A stretch of 64,000 nt of DNA from Histomonas meleagridis 2922-C6/04-290x (taxonomy: Eukaryota > Protista > Parabasalia). The position numbers were made by a program, and so were the translations under genes. Positions 28,593 to 40,236 of the stretch are shown in pieces; the first letter of the stretch is position 1; the number at the start of each line of letters is the position of its first letter. The stretch spans positions 1 through 64,000 of the forward strand of contig JAANOX010000248.1 of the NCBI GenBank assembly GCA_020184695.1, written 5' to 3'. The notes under the pieces were generated by a model. The model saw only the letters and a list, made by a program, of their open reading frames with translations, was not told where the DNA came from and searched no databases.

Positions 28593-31500
28593 TTAGAAAT
28601 CGATCGGTACGGAATCAGCAAAACTTCGTAACTGCTTCAACAAGTCCGAATATGAGTCAATGGTATCTGAGAACTCTCCTTCAGTTTCGTAGTCCAGTGG
28701 CGTCTTGCAGATTGGACAGCATCCATTCTCCAAAAATGTCAATTCGAAATCTTCATCATTGAAGATCGAGTTACAGCCTCTACATCTGTGTACCGACTCC
28801 AACAATGGGTTCAAGATATACGAATTTTTAACCTTTGCATTGCTTTTCCACTTGCATGTAATTATCGAACTGGGCTCAATTTTCTTTAAATTGTCAGCTC
28901 CTACTACTGGACATTCTTCTCCATCCACAGCTCTTGAAGGGTCAATTATATCACCCACATCTACATTTGTTCCATCAATTGGCGGGTCACTTTTTAGTAT
29001 CGTTTCAATTTCACTTTCCTCGAGACCGTTAATTTTGACCGGCACCAATTGAATTACTTTGAATGAATAACTGCTAAAAACGATAGGGCACTTACATTCA
29101 CTGCACCATAATAACGGTCCATCAGACGATGAAAATAAACGGCTACCGCATCGTTCACAAAATTCAGTCTCTTCATCGTCATTCAAACCGGAAGTTCTCA
29201 AAATCGCAAAGTCAACAGCCTCTTGGACAGCAGGTGGTACGACATAAAGAGCCAATTGTTCAGCGCACCACTTCATTAACCTGTATTCACCCATGTTTTC
29301 GCTTTCATTCAGCAAAGAAAACAAAGCTTCTGAGTATGAAATTCCGGAAATTAATTCATCACTCAACGAATGTAAATATTTATCTTTAAATTCTCCTTTC
29401 CTAATACTATTAATGTAAGCCACCACGAATCTACTTAAATAAAAAGAAGATCCTCTTTCATTAATAGTAAATGGAGAATTTAAATCTTCTTTCAACCTAC
29501 CGAAAGCGCTGTAAGCCTTCGCAAGTTGCATTCCGCTTTCTACAATTAGCTCACCTTCTTCAGGTGACTCAGAGATTGATGCCAATCCCAAACTCCTTCC
29601 ATACAAAAAGAATGCCACGTTATCGTAGCGGTTCATTTTGATGGCGTTTGATAGCAAAATCTTCAGATATTTCAATGCTTCATCCACTCGACCTGCTATA
29701 AAAAAGCTTACGAGAGATTCGAAGTATTGTTCGTTTTCAAACAAATGTCGAGCAAAAGGTAGAAATACTTCTGGCAAAAGTGATGGATGCATTTTAGCTA
29801 ATGATAAAGCTTCATCCCAATCTTTTGTATATACTCGAACTTTAGCTAATGAACTAACATCATCAAGTTGAGCTAATAAATCAGTTGCTTCTTTAACTAA
29901 GTCATGTTTCATTAGCGCATCCGCTGCATATTGTAATGCTTCTGTTTCAGTTGGCTCGATTTTCTTCGATATCTTTATCAATGGTTCAATTAATTTTGCT
30001 TCATTTAATAATTTAACAGCTTTTAATGACTCGCCACCAATTATATAAAGTTCGGCTGCTAACTCTAAATCACCCATAGATTGGAATGATTCTGCTTGTG
30101 TTAATGCAAACTTTTTCATTCTTTCGCCAGACAAAAATTGTTTTAATTTATCAAATTGTCGTAAATCGAAATACATTTGTACTGCTCTTTCGTTCTCGCC
30201 TAAATGCATCCAAATACGTGCTGCAGAATCAAAGTTATTTGTATACGCATCAATTTCAGCGTTTAAATGATCTTGTGTAAATTTGGTATCGGTTAAAAGT
30301 TGTGACATATTATCAATGAATTGTAATAACTTATAATTACGTGAATGCGAAGCAGATTTAATCGCAATCGATATAAATCGTGAACGTAATGCTGCGTTAG
30401 CTAATTCATTCCATGATTCTTCTGTTGATCCGAATGTGGCTAATTCATATGCGCGTACAAAGTCCCCATTTCGTGATAATGATTTAACAACTGTTGATAA
30501 TGATATATCGATTTCCGATAATGTCGAGTTGTTGATCGTATAACATGTTAACCCTGAAAAGCGTATTAAATGGCCTTTAAATTTGGTGGTAACGCGTTGT
30601 AGGTCATAAGGTTTGACATTGATTCGTTCGCCATCACTAAATGCGATTAAGTCATCACATAAATCATTCCATGCTGCTTCGTTTACGTTTTCTTCTATGT
30701 ATAGTAAGGCTGAGCTAATAGCGTCGTAGACACAACATCGATGTTCAGAATCGATCACATAAATTTTGGTCTTCATACGAGATATACCTATTGACCGGAT
30801 CGGTTTGTCGTGTCGGACTATGACGTGTGGGAATCGATGGTTGACGAATAATTGGACAATTTGTCCATCTTCAAAACCGGCGACAATCCCTTCCATCCCT
30901 AAGACTGTGGAACAGATAGCAGCGTCGTTTATCGTTGAGCTGAAGTTAAATTCACGCTGGAATGCGCCGGCTTGTGTGAAGATTTTGATGCTTTTTTCAA
31001 AGACAAACAGAAAAGTGCCAGAAAACACAAAGAATTTTGTACAATTGAAATTTGTGTCAAACCGCCCGATCTTAGTCAATTCGAGGTGCCCGTTTATATC
31101 GTCGAATTCATATGCTGAAACTTCGTCTGAAAAGCGAACTGCAACTTGATGATCTGTAACTGCTACACCTTGAACAGGTTTAATAAATTCGACATCTTCA
31201 ACAAGATCTGTTTCAAGAATTCTAAGTTGAATTTTAGTAAGTTCTGTTCGAATTGCAAATGAAGAATTAAATAATGAATAAACTGGTTTCATACCAAGAG
31301 AATAAACTGCTAAAGTTCCATTATCAAGGCCTAATGCTAAATATCCATCAGAACTACTAACTGATGCTGACCAAATCCATTCTTTTGTATCAAGAACTTC
31401 AGATAATAATTGTCCATCATCATTATACAAAGTAACTTTCCCAGCTATATCAGTTACCAATAAGTTTGATTGGAAATTAATCATTGTTGATGGTTGGGCA

Positions 31501-32153
31501 GATATATTTTGTGTACATACTAACTGTGATTCACGTGGTTTATGTACTGTAAGTTTGTTATCCCAATCGCCAGCAAGAAGTAATTCATTTGACCATGCAC
31601 ATGCAAATACTGGAACTTGTAAATGATATGTATAAATTTCTTGTGAATTTTCAACATTTCGAACTGAGATTGTACCATTAATATGTCCAATGGCATATGT
31701 TTTCCCATCTGGTGACCAAGCAGAACATAAAATTTTGGATGATGTAGATATTGGAACAACTTGTTTGATTTGTGGATGCCAAAGAGAAATTTCAGTCCCT
31801 GCACAAGCAAGAAGTTTGGGAGCTGTAGGACTAAATGATAGGGAAGATGCTGATCCAGTTATTGTAAATTTGACAATTCCTTTATTTTCTTTTGAATTCC
31901 AAATTATAACTGTATCATCTGTGCCTGCAGTAGCAAAGTATGGATCATGAGTTGAGCATGCAATAGCATAGATTACATTTCTATGTCTCTTTGGATTTGC
32001 AATTAATGTTCCATTTGTAAGATCATATATATTAAGTCGAGCTCCATCAGATGCAAGAAGTTGCTTTTCTTCAGGTTTAATTGCAACTGCATAAACTGGA
32101 ATGTTTTGTTCATGAATTGTGTGAACAACTTTCCAATGTTCTTTGATTTGCAT
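28593..32153 (-). CDS. IFT122: Intraflagellar transport protein 122 (IFT-A); upstream in-frame ATG at 32285 also possible
   Basis: N-terminal WD40 (AIKPEEKQLL...IYDLTNGTLI...HRNVIYAIA), TPR-like middle, C-terminal Zn-ribbon Cys clusters ending CPIC. Confidence 0.85.
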   Translation of the reverse strand: MQIKEHWKVVHTIHEQNIPVYAVAIKPEEKQLLASDGARLNIYDLTNGTLIANPKRHRNVIYAIACSTHDPYFATAGTDDTVIIWNSKENKGIVKFTITGSASSLSFSPTAPKLLACAGTEISLWHPQIKQVVPISTSSKILCSAWSPDGKTYAIGHINGTISVRNVENSQEIYTYHLQVPVFACAWSNELLLAGDWDNKLTVHKPRESQLVCTQNISAQPSTMINFQSNLLVTDIAGKVTLYNDDGQLLSEVLDTKEWIWSASVSSSDGYLALGLDNGTLAVYSLGMKPVYSLFNSSFAIRTELTKIQLRILETDLVEDVEFIKPVQGVAVTDHQVAVRFSDEVSAYEFDDINGHLELTKIGRFDTNFNCTKFFVFSGTFLFVFEKSIKIFTQAGAFQREFNFSSTINDAAICSTVLGMEGIVAGFEDGQIVQLFVNHRFPHVIVRHDKPIRSIGISRMKTKIYVIDSEHRCCVYDAISSALLYIEENVNEAAWNDLCDDLIAFSDGERINVKPYDLQRVTTKFKGHLIRFSGLTCYTINNSTLSEIDISLSTVVKSLSRNGDFVRAYELATFGSTEESWNELANAALRSRFISIAIKSASHSRNYKLLQFIDNMSQLLTDTKFTQDHLNAEIDAYTNNFDSAARIWMHLGENERAVQMYFDLRQFDKLKQFLSGERMKKFALTQAESFQSMGDLELAAELYIIGGESLKAVKLLNEAKLIEPLIKISKKIEPTETEALQYAADALMKHDLVKEATDLLAQLDDVSSLAKVRVYTKDWDEALSLAKMHPSLLPEVFLPFARHLFENEQYFESLVSFFIAGRVDEALKYLKILLSNAIKMNRYDNVAFFLYGRSLGLASISESPEEGELIVESGMQLAKAYSAFGRLKEDLNSPFTINERGSSFYLSRFVVAYINSIRKGEFKDKYLHSLSDELISGISYSEALFSLLNESENMGEYRLMKWCAEQLALYVVPPAVQEAVDFAILRTSGLNDDEETEFCERCGSRLFSSSDGPLLWCSECKCPIVFSSYSFKVIQLVPVKINGLEESEIETILKSDPPIDGTNVDVGDIIDPSRAVDGEECPVVGADNLKKIEPSSIITCKWKSNAKVKNSYILNPLLESVHRCRGCNSIFNDEDFELTFLENGCCPICKTPLDYETEGEFSDTIDSYSDLLKQLRSFADSVPIDF

Positions 32154-32646
32154 TGAACAAACGTTCTTCAAAGATAACGGATCATTCAGGGCACCCCAAA
32201 TTATCTTGACAAACAAGTTCACGCATAAAAAAATTTTGGATTGTGTTTTTCGAGTTTTAAAGACTTCTTGATTTAAAATACTCATTTTAACATTTTTGTT
32301 AATTACATGCTTTCGAAAAGAAAAGGTTTTTTGAAAACTTTTTTTTCTTTTTTTGGAATCATTTCGAAGTCTAAAACATTTAAATAAAATAGAAAGACAC
32401 TAAACATTCTAATACATAGATTTGTTAAAAACAAAACTTATCATTTTTATGTGGGAAAGTTTACAAAAATTAAGGTTTCCCCGATGAGACAAGGGCATCA
32501 AGCTTTGGACCAAAATTCACAAAATCTTTATTTGAATATGTGATAAAAATAATTGAAGTGTTTACACACAAAAATTTGGCCCTTCGAAAGTGACATTTAA
32601 ATTTGAAATTTTCATAGAAAACAATTGAAATATTTCAAAACGGAAG

Positions 32647-33654
32647 ATGCGCCAACACACTCTTTACTCGACAATCTTTTCAATTCTTGTTGCGAGAATG
32701 AAAAATACACAGATCGTGTCAACAGAAGAGCAACTAGAATTGATAGTTAAAGAGGCAAAAAATATTTTCGCATCTGAGCCGTCTTTATTAAATATCAAAG
32801 GCGACTTTATGGTGGTTGGAGATATACACGGTAACGTCGATGATCTCCTTCGTATATTAGGACAACATGGTTACCCTTCCCAAACAAATTACCTATTTTT
32901 GGGTGATTATGTTGATCGAGGACAAAATTCCCTCGAAGTTATTATCTTATTATATTGCCTTAAGATTCTTTTCCCACAGAACATTTATATGATACGTGGA
33001 AATCATGAATGCGAAACAATATCTTCATTTTATGGTTTTAAGCAAGAATGCCTTAGAAAAACAACTCCTTATATTTATAGAAAGATAATCAAATCTTTTA
33101 TGCATTTACCATTCGCTGCAATAATCAATGACAAATGTTTTTGCGTTCATGGCGGAATATCTCCACACCTTACCGACGTCAATGAAATCCTTACAATCCC
33201 CAAGCCTAGCATATCAGCAAACAATGACATTGCAAACGATTTAGTATGGAGTGATCCATTAATCTGTTCAAATGGATTCCAAAAAAGCGACAGAGGCTCA
33301 GGATATTTCTTCAACCAAGAGAAACTTGATCTATTTCTTGATAACAACAATCTTGATCTAATGATTCGATCACATGAATCATGCATTGATGGCTATGATA
33401 CGCCGCTAAAGCGTTGTATAACCGTCTTTAGCAATACCGATTACTGTGGAATTGGTAATTTTGGTGCAACAATTGCATTTTTCGGCGACCTCACAACCAA
33501 AACGTATCGTTTCAAACCGCTGACAAAAAGTGACATGAAGAAACGTCGAATTATAATTCCAGAATGGATTATATATGACATTAGCCAAATGAACAAGATG
33601 GTTGAGATTCCTGAATTGCTTTACGATAATAATGCAATTCCATTACAGATATAA
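32647..33654 (+). CDS. PPP-family Ser/Thr phosphatase (PP1-like)
   Basis: GDIHG, GDYVDRG, RGNHE, HGG, WSDP, RSHE. Confidence 0.93.
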   Translation: MRQHTLYSTIFSILVARMKNTQIVSTEEQLELIVKEAKNIFASEPSLLNIKGDFMVVGDIHGNVDDLLRILGQHGYPSQTNYLFLGDYVDRGQNSLEVIILLYCLKILFPQNIYMIRGNHECETISSFYGFKQECLRKTTPYIYRKIIKSFMHLPFAAIINDKCFCVHGGISPHLTDVNEILTIPKPSISANNDIANDLVWSDPLICSNGFQKSDRGSGYFFNQEKLDLFLDNNNLDLMIRSHESCIDGYDTPLKRCITVFSNTDYCGIGNFGATIAFFGDLTTKTYRFKPLTKSDMKKRRIIIPEWIIYDISQMNKMVEIPELLYDNNAIPLQI

Positions 33655-34009
33655 AATCTTTTTAAAATAGATGATAAAAAATAAAAGCAAAAAAACAAAA
33701 AATAAATATTAAACTATTTAAAATTCTTTTATTTTTTAATCAATAGAAATTTCATTGAGTAAAATGTTATCTAAATTTTGCAGTTTTGATTTTAAAAATT
33801 ATTGCAATAAATTATCAAATTAAATCTCTTATACAGTTTTAGAGATATTTCTATTTTAAATTTTGAATTTCACGAAATATAAACGCGCCTAAAGATTTTT
33901 TTGTTGAAGCATTTTATCTTTTCATATCACAAGTCACTAAATCAACTCAAATTCTTAATTAAAGTTCACAAATTCCGAATTTTAGTTGTAATAATGCGAA
34001 AAATTTAAT

Positions 34010-34684
34010 TTAATTATTTGTAAGTTTGTTCCATTCATTGTCATCAAAACAAATTGGCGGAATACCAATCTCAGTAACAATTAATTTTCCTGTGTATTTT
34101 TCATTATTTTTCATTCCGATTTTTGGCCGAGCAAATGTAATTGTTTGATTTGCAACGATGCAATTTTTGTCTGCTTTTCCTGTTGTACCATTTAAACCTG
34201 ATGGAATATCGACAGAAACTATTGGTACATCATGTGGAATACTTTTGATTAATGAGGCTATTGGCTTCCTCATTTCACCTTGGAATCCCGTTCCAAGTAA
34301 TGCATCAACAATTAGGTCACAATCCTTAAAATATGTATTTTGTTGTATTTCCTTGCCACTTGGAAATGTAATGTTTATATTTTCCTCTTGACATTTAGAT
34401 AAATATAAGTTAGCATCTGGTGAAAATGTTAGTTTATTTCCCAAAGAAACTATTTTAACATCTTTTTCATACTTATTCAAATATAATGCAGAAACAAATC
34501 CATCGCCACCATTATTTCCATATCCAACAGCAATACCAATTTTTTTTGATTTCGAATAATTATCCAAAATAAATTCAGCCACACTTTTCCCAGCATTTAG
34601 CATAAGTACTTTACTAGGAATTAGTAATTGCTTTATTGCACGTTGTTCAGCTTTAACCATTTCAGCTACAGTAACAAAAGACAT
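34010..34684 (-). CDS. nnrE: NAD(P)HX epimerase (YjeF N-terminal domain)
   Basis: GNNGGDG, DALLGTG, VDIPSG, TITF. Confidence 0.92.
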   Translation of the reverse strand: MSFVTVAEMVKAEQRAIKQLLIPSKVLMLNAGKSVAEFILDNYSKSKKIGIAVGYGNNGGDGFVSALYLNKYEKDVKIVSLGNKLTFSPDANLYLSKCQEENINITFPSGKEIQQNTYFKDCDLIVDALLGTGFQGEMRKPIASLIKSIPHDVPIVSVDIPSGLNGTTGKADKNCIVANQTITFARPKIGMKNNEKYTGKLIVTEIGIPPICFDDNEWNKLTNN

Positions 34685-34711
34685 TTAGAACAAAATTGGG
34701 ATGCCCCATTA

Positions 34712-34740
34712 AACGGTTTAAACGGTTTGGTCCTTCCTTT
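34712..34740 (+). promoter_or_regulatory. Tandem M3-like (AACGGTTT x2) + M5-like (CCTTT) core promoter of RPL13
   Basis: AAACGGTTTAAACGGTTTGGTCCTTCCTTT lies 11 bp before the ATG. Confidence 0.65.
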
Positions 34741-34751
34741 TTCTCTCAAGA

Positions 34752-35327
34752 ATGGTTTGCAAAAATAATCGCGTTCCAAATGATCACCTTCGTAAGGACT
34801 GGTTCCGCCGCATTAAATTCTATTTCGATGACCCAGCTCGTAAGAAGAGGCGTCAAATCGCAAGAGCAATTCGTGCAAAGAAAATCGCACCACGCCCAGT
34901 CGAAGGTCCACTTCGCCCACTCGTTCATTGCCCAACAGTTCGTTACAACCGCAAGGTAAGGCTTGGCCGTGGATTCACAGTTGAGGAAGTTAAAGCTGCC
35001 GGATTTGAACCATCACGTGCCAGATTCATGGGTATTGCCATGGATAAGTTCCGTGTTCATACAAAGGACGAAATCAAGCAAGCCAACATTGAACGTCTTA
35101 AGGCTTATAAGGCCAAGATGGTTCGTGTACACACAAAGACTGAAAAGCTTCCAGCTGGTGAATCTATTCCTTCTCTTTTCGCTCTTCCAAAGGTTGATCA
35201 GAAGGTTACATGGCGCGTAATCAAAGAAGAAGAAAAGAAGACAGAACTCTTCAAGGCTAAGCAACAAGCCCATAAAGCATGGAGAGCATCAATCAAGGCT
35301 AAAGAGGCTGCTAAACACAAGAAGTAA
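34752..35327 (+). CDS. RPL13: 60S ribosomal protein L13 (eL13)
   Basis: HLRKDW, APRP..GPLRPLVHCPTVRYN.KVRLGRGFT.EE. Confidence 0.97.
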   Translation: MVCKNNRVPNDHLRKDWFRRIKFYFDDPARKKRRQIARAIRAKKIAPRPVEGPLRPLVHCPTVRYNRKVRLGRGFTVEEVKAAGFEPSRARFMGIAMDKFRVHTKDEIKQANIERLKAYKAKMVRVHTKTEKLPAGESIPSLFALPKVDQKVTWRVIKEEEKKTELFKAKQQAHKAWRASIKAKEAAKHKK

Positions 35328-35487
35328 ATCATTAAACAATTGGTGATTGAATTTTTTTGAATGGATCACGTCAACATAAAATTCATTTTTTTTGTAAGTA
35401 TCATTTTTAATCTGAGTTAAAAGGAAAAATTTGTTTCATTTTTTTCATTATTCACAATTTCACATAACATTTCCTGTTAACGAGAAA

Positions 35488-38400
35488 ATGGATTTTAAAA
35501 TGAATCGAAATCAATCTGGTAAACCCTTGTTAGCAAATGAACCTCTTTTCGATAATTGGTTTGATAGACACCAAAATGAAGAAGTAAAAGACAGACAACA
35601 AATAAAATTTCCAGAACCCACAATAACAGTTAATTGTTTTTTTATTATTTCTATTCCAATATCTGTTTTCAATGAAACTCAGGATCAATTGCATAACTCT
35701 GTTTGCTTTTGGAATAACTTAGAAGATTCATTTGATGAACCTTCTTTAATTCATGATAAGATATCCTCAATCTTCAAATTAACATTTCCTAAAGTGAATA
35801 GACCACATATGCTTTTTAACCCAAAACCAGGTTGGGAAAAAGCGATTCCAAAATCCAAAGTAATACACCCAAATCAGCGTATTCAATTTTATTATTTTAC
35901 CTGTGGGGAAATCAATCAAAATGAAAAAAAATCACTGCGTTACGTTCTAAGAGATCGTGATTTGCAAAAGTGTTCATCTTTTATTTTGGATTTTGATAAA
36001 TCAGGTAAATTTTATTCTGATTTTAAAGATCTATTGAATGTTGATACCTTTGCTTTTTTTTCTTGTTCTCCAAATGAAGTAATGCCACGTACATCATATT
36101 TACCAAATGATATTTTTACAAGTTGTTTAATTTCACCAGGTCGAATGGCCTTACTATGGCATTCTCGCCGTTACGTAAGTTTTAAAAATGGCCCATTAAC
36201 ATTTCTTACACCACTTTATGTTGAAGATATTGATACTTCTGAAGAAATTCCGTTTGATGAAATTTTTGCAGACATACAAATCCTATTAAAGAATACAGTT
36301 GAAGCCATTGCATATGAAGTTATGGATAAAGATCTTTTTTTCCAATTTTTTTATAAGGACAGAAACATCGCACGCATCACGTCCAACTTTTTCTTAGCGT
36401 ACAGAATTCTATCGTCTTTTGGGGTCACCCCAATTTGTTATCCAGAAATACCAAAAAATATTCTTCAATCAATTACTACACATAATTTATGGAAAACATT
36501 TGATTTAAGACTTGACGCAGAATTATTTCGAGTTCAACAACCGAAAAATCCAGTTATTTCTTTTTCACAATTTCTTCAAGACATTTTAACTTCTTTTAAA
36601 ACAAAATTAGAAATTACATCAACTCAACAAAAAAACAATTTTTTTCCACATATTTCATATATATCATCAATGTTATCATTAAAATCACCACCAATTAAAG
36701 AGATATGTGATGCATTAGCAATATATATCGATCGTTCAAATGATACATTAGTTGCTTCATTAAGTTTTCCAATTCCACAAATGTTATTTATGTTATTACA
36801 AAAAAGAACATCGGAATGTATACATATTAATTCATTATTATTTTGTTTAATTAAATTTTTTTGTTATCAAGATTCACTTTCGAATTTAAAAATTTTTGTA
36901 CCGATGAAATTTTTTGATGATTTAATATTGCGATCATTTAATGATGATCATAAACAACAAATATCACCAATACCAATTATATTTGTAGTGGTTTTATTGT
37001 ATAAATCAATAAACTATTTAAATATATTTAAAACTTTAAAATTAAATTGGTTCAATATATTAAATGTTTTGGACGAAAAACAAAATATAAATACTAAAAT
37101 TTGGTTAATTTTATTGATTTCGATATTAGCTACATCAATAAATGATGAAAATATAATAAATGATTTATATACGAAACTTTCGGAATTATATAAAGAAAAA
37201 AATATTGAATTAAGAGTTGCAATTATATATTGTTTAACACAATTTTTAGTTAATTTTTCTGATACTGAAATACAATTTATTATTCTTAAATACATAATAT
37301 CAAAAATTGATGAAGCAAATTATATGATACGTTACCAAATATTATCCGCTATTTCATATTATTATTCTAAACATATTGCAGAATTAGGAAATGAAAATAA
37401 AGAAACAGAATTAGGAAACGAAAATAATAAAACAGAGTTAGGAAATGAAAACAATAAAACAGAATTCGGAAATGAAAACAAAACAGAATTAGGAAATGAA
37501 AATAAAGAAACAGAATTAGGAAATGAAAATAATAAAACAGAATTAGGAAATGAAAATAAAGAAACAGAATTAGGAAATGAAAATAAAGAAACAGAATTAG
37601 GAAATGAAAATAAAGAAACAGAATTAGGAAATGAAAATAAAGAAACAGAATTAGGAAACGAAAATATTAAAACAGGTTTAGGAAATGAGATCAAAAAAAC
37701 ATATGATAAGTTATGCAATGATCCATATCCATTTATATCAAAAAAAGCTATAGAAATAAGAAATGTTACACCATTTTCAACAGAGTTAATTCAAGATTAC
37801 ATGTCATTAATATTATCACCAATTTATGAAATATTAAAATCACCTGAAAAACAAATGTCACGTTATGTTATACATAAAGTTAATGATAATTGCATAAAAA
37901 GAAAACCAAAAAAGATCCAATTTCCAGAAAATTCATTAGGCATTATCTCTATATATACTCATTCGTATGAAATTACATCAAATTTTGTACTGTTGCCTAA
38001 TGATAATTTTGGTTTTTGTGATAAAAAAGGAAATATTAATATAAAAAGTTGGGGAAATAATTATATAGATTGTAAAAACATCTCTAATTGTATCATAAAA
38101 CGTATTTATTACATTGATAATTATTCATATCCATTAATAATAACATTAAATGAAAAAAATCAATGTATTATATATTCATATGAAGGTTTCATTATTCGCG
38201 CTGCTTTTAATTTAAATGTAACTAATAATGAAAACTTAATAATTGAAGCCGATTCAATCGGCAAAACAATGTTATTATATGAAAAGAATTCGACTCATTT
38301 AACTATATATGATTTAGACATGCAAGAAAAATTAGAAACACAAATTGATTTTGGTGAAATAATTTCTTCTTCATATGTAACTTCGGATATTATTTGTGTG

Positions 38401-38922
38401 TGCTCAAGAAGTCAACTTGAAACATTCGATTTTAGAAAAGGTGATAGAACTATTCTACATAAATTTGATATTAACGAAGTTAAAAATAATCCATTTGATT
38501 TTAAAATATTTAATTGTTCTGATGGGAAACTATCATTTGTGGTATGTTATGAAAATGGTATTTATTTATATGAGAAGGTAGGCAATAATAAAGAAACTTC
38601 GTCACTTGTGTACCATAAAGAAACAAAAATTGTTACATTTAAAGTTCATGATAAAGCCCAAATTTGTGCATTTAGTGTTAGTGGTTGTAATGATCTCGTT
38701 TGTATCGATTTATTACAAAGGAAACAAAAAACTTTTAATTGTTTGCCAAAAAGCTTCCTGAAAGATAGACCGTTTAATACAATTTCACAAATCATTTTCC
38801 ATCATTCAAAACTTTTACTTAATGTTTTAAATGGTGTTAATGAAATTATTACTATCGGTGAAATCCATATGGATGAAGCTAATTCTAAAAACAGTCAATT
38901 TTGGATGAACCCGAAATTTTAA
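35488..38922 (+). CDS. RPTOR: Raptor-like protein (RNC domain, HEAT repeats, degenerate WD40) with an internal tandem repeat
   Basis: SCSPNEVMP...LPNDIFTSCLISP..MALLWH; EAIAYEVM..DLF...F..D...A....NFFLAYRI; track start 35431 is TTG, first ATG is 35488. Confidence 0.8.
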   Translation: MDFKMNRNQSGKPLLANEPLFDNWFDRHQNEEVKDRQQIKFPEPTITVNCFFIISIPISVFNETQDQLHNSVCFWNNLEDSFDEPSLIHDKISSIFKLTFPKVNRPHMLFNPKPGWEKAIPKSKVIHPNQRIQFYYFTCGEINQNEKKSLRYVLRDRDLQKCSSFILDFDKSGKFYSDFKDLLNVDTFAFFSCSPNEVMPRTSYLPNDIFTSCLISPGRMALLWHSRRYVSFKNGPLTFLTPLYVEDIDTSEEIPFDEIFADIQILLKNTVEAIAYEVMDKDLFFQFFYKDRNIARITSNFFLAYRILSSFGVTPICYPEIPKNILQSITTHNLWKTFDLRLDAELFRVQQPKNPVISFSQFLQDILTSFKTKLEITSTQQKNNFFPHISYISSMLSLKSPPIKEICDALAIYIDRSNDTLVASLSFPIPQMLFMLLQKRTSECIHINSLLFCLIKFFCYQDSLSNLKIFVPMKFFDDLILRSFNDDHKQQISPIPIIFVVVLLYKSINYLNIFKTLKLNWFNILNVLDEKQNINTKIWLILLISILATSINDENIINDLYTKLSELYKEKNIELRVAIIYCLTQFLVNFSDTEIQFIILKYIISKIDEANYMIRYQILSAISYYYSKHIAELGNENKETELGNENNKTELGNENNKTEFGNENKTELGNENKETELGNENNKTELGNENKETELGNENKETELGNENKETELGNENKETELGNENIKTGLGNEIKKTYDKLCNDPYPFISKKAIEIRNVTPFSTELIQDYMSLILSPIYEILKSPEKQMSRYVIHKVNDNCIKRKPKKIQFPENSLGIISIYTHSYEITSNFVLLPNDNFGFCDKKGNINIKSWGNNYIDCKNISNCIIKRIYYIDNYSYPLIITLNEKNQCIIYSYEGFIIRAAFNLNVTNNENLIIEADSIGKTMLLYEKNSTHLTIYDLDMQEKLETQIDFGEIISSSYVTSDIICVCSRSQLETFDFRKGDRTILHKFDINEVKNNPFDFKIFNCSDGKLSFVVCYENGIYLYEKVGNNKETSSLVYHKETKIVTFKVHDKAQICAFSVSGCNDLVCIDLLQRKQKTFNCLPKSFLKDRPFNTISQIIFHHSKLLLNVLNGVNEIITIGEIHMDEANSKNSQFWMNPKF
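37381..37695 (+). repeat. Coding minisatellite, 27-bp unit x12 (ELGNENKET)
   Basis: gaattaggaaatgaaaataaagaaaca repeated, one 24-bp unit. Confidence 0.97.
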
Positions 38923-39129
38923 ATTTTTTTTAGTTAAAAAATTTGATTTGTGAAAAAAAAAGGATGAATTTCTATAGTGTATGTTGAAGTTTTAACTTTT
39001 TTTTTTAATAGAATTTTCTAATAAACGAAAAATTTATTATACTTCGATTCAATGTTTTTGTGATTTTGTTTTTATGATATTTTTTTAGTCATGTTTTAAA
39101 AATTTAGTTCATCATTTTGTTTTTGGTTG

Positions 39130-40236
39130 ATGATTGTTCTTCTTATCTCATCAATTTTCTGCCTTCAACCAAGGCATAAAACAATATATTACGGTAATAA
39201 AGTACTTTGCTTGGCAACATTACATATACCTGCTCAAATATATTTTAATAAATGTACCCAAAAAAGAAAAGATTCGAATTGTGAAAAAGCTTATGAAATC
39301 ATTGAAAATTTAAAAAATTCGATTTTTTGTAAGGAATTTGAAGATATTAGTACACTTTCTAATGAATTAAAGAATGTCGAATCAGCAACAATTATAATTA
39401 CTCAAGATAATTATAAATTAGATCTTTCATTTATTTCATGTCCAATGCTTGCTATTGCTACAACAGAAAATGTCAAAAAATTATATGTAAAAGGAGGAGA
39501 TGTATCAAAGAAAATTCCAGTTATTGGTTTTGAAGCGCATGTTATTTTTGATGGGGATTTTAAAGCAGATACAATTATCATTAAATCATTTGAAAGTGGT
39601 AACGTTATAGCAAATCGTGCAATTGTTTACCCAGGATATGAGAAAAAGATACAAGCTGTTAAAAAGCAAATTAATTTTCATCTTGTACAAGAAATTAAAA
39701 TTGATGAAGAACATTTTGAAGTCGATTCGTATTCTATAAAATATAAAGATAATATTGGAATCATAATAAATCCATATTTCAGTCATAATAGCCCACAATT
39801 GACCTTAGTTAATAATTGCAAAGAAGAATCATCAATAGAAATGCATTTTGATGACCCAATGACGAGTATTTCCTCAAATTATTTAAACCCTGATGATTTT
39901 GTTTTATATTTACATTTAGAAGATTATCTTGATTCTTTAGCTCTTCCATTATCTTTTATTCAATTTAGTCCAAATAGTTGGAGTGATTCTAAATTGAAAT
40001 TAAATATTACAACATCACCAAAAAGCAAAAATTTATTCGATTTTAACAATATACCATATATTCTAAGGGGAAAGCAAATGGAAGACAAAACATTTGTTTT
40101 AGAAGAAACTAAAAAAACGAATAATTTTGTTATAATAATAGTATGTGTAGTAATTTTAGTAATAATTTTACTTATCGCAGGTTTTATTATTTACAAGAAA
40201 CGCTGCGTAAATCATACTAATTTATCAAATGCATAA
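39130..40236 (+). CDS. Type I single-pass membrane/surface hypothetical protein
   Basis: Hydrophobic N-terminus; TM helix FVIIIVCVVILVIILLIAGFIIY followed by KKR. Confidence 0.75.
   Translation: MIVLLISSIFCLQPRHKTIYYGNKVLCLATLHIPAQIYFNKCTQKRKDSNCEKAYEIIENLKNSIFCKEFEDISTLSNELKNVESATIIITQDNYKLDLSFISCPMLAIATTENVKKLYVKGGDVSKKIPVIGFEAHVIFDGDFKADTIIIKSFESGNVIANRAIVYPGYEKKIQAVKKQINFHLVQEIKIDEEHFEVDSYSIKYKDNIGIIINPYFSHNSPQLTLVNNCKEESSIEMHFDDPMTSISSNYLNPDDFVLYLHLEDYLDSLALPLSFIQFSPNSWSDSKLKLNITTSPKSKNLFDFNNIPYILRGKQMEDKTFVLEETKKTNNFVIIIVCVVILVIILLIAGFIIYKKRCVNHTNLSNA

Noticed and set aside
37381-37695. CRISPR-like appearance of the 27-bp repeats (also 50640-50820)
   Set aside because: Head-to-tail units without unique spacers, in frame within eukaryotic ORFs, and no cas genes
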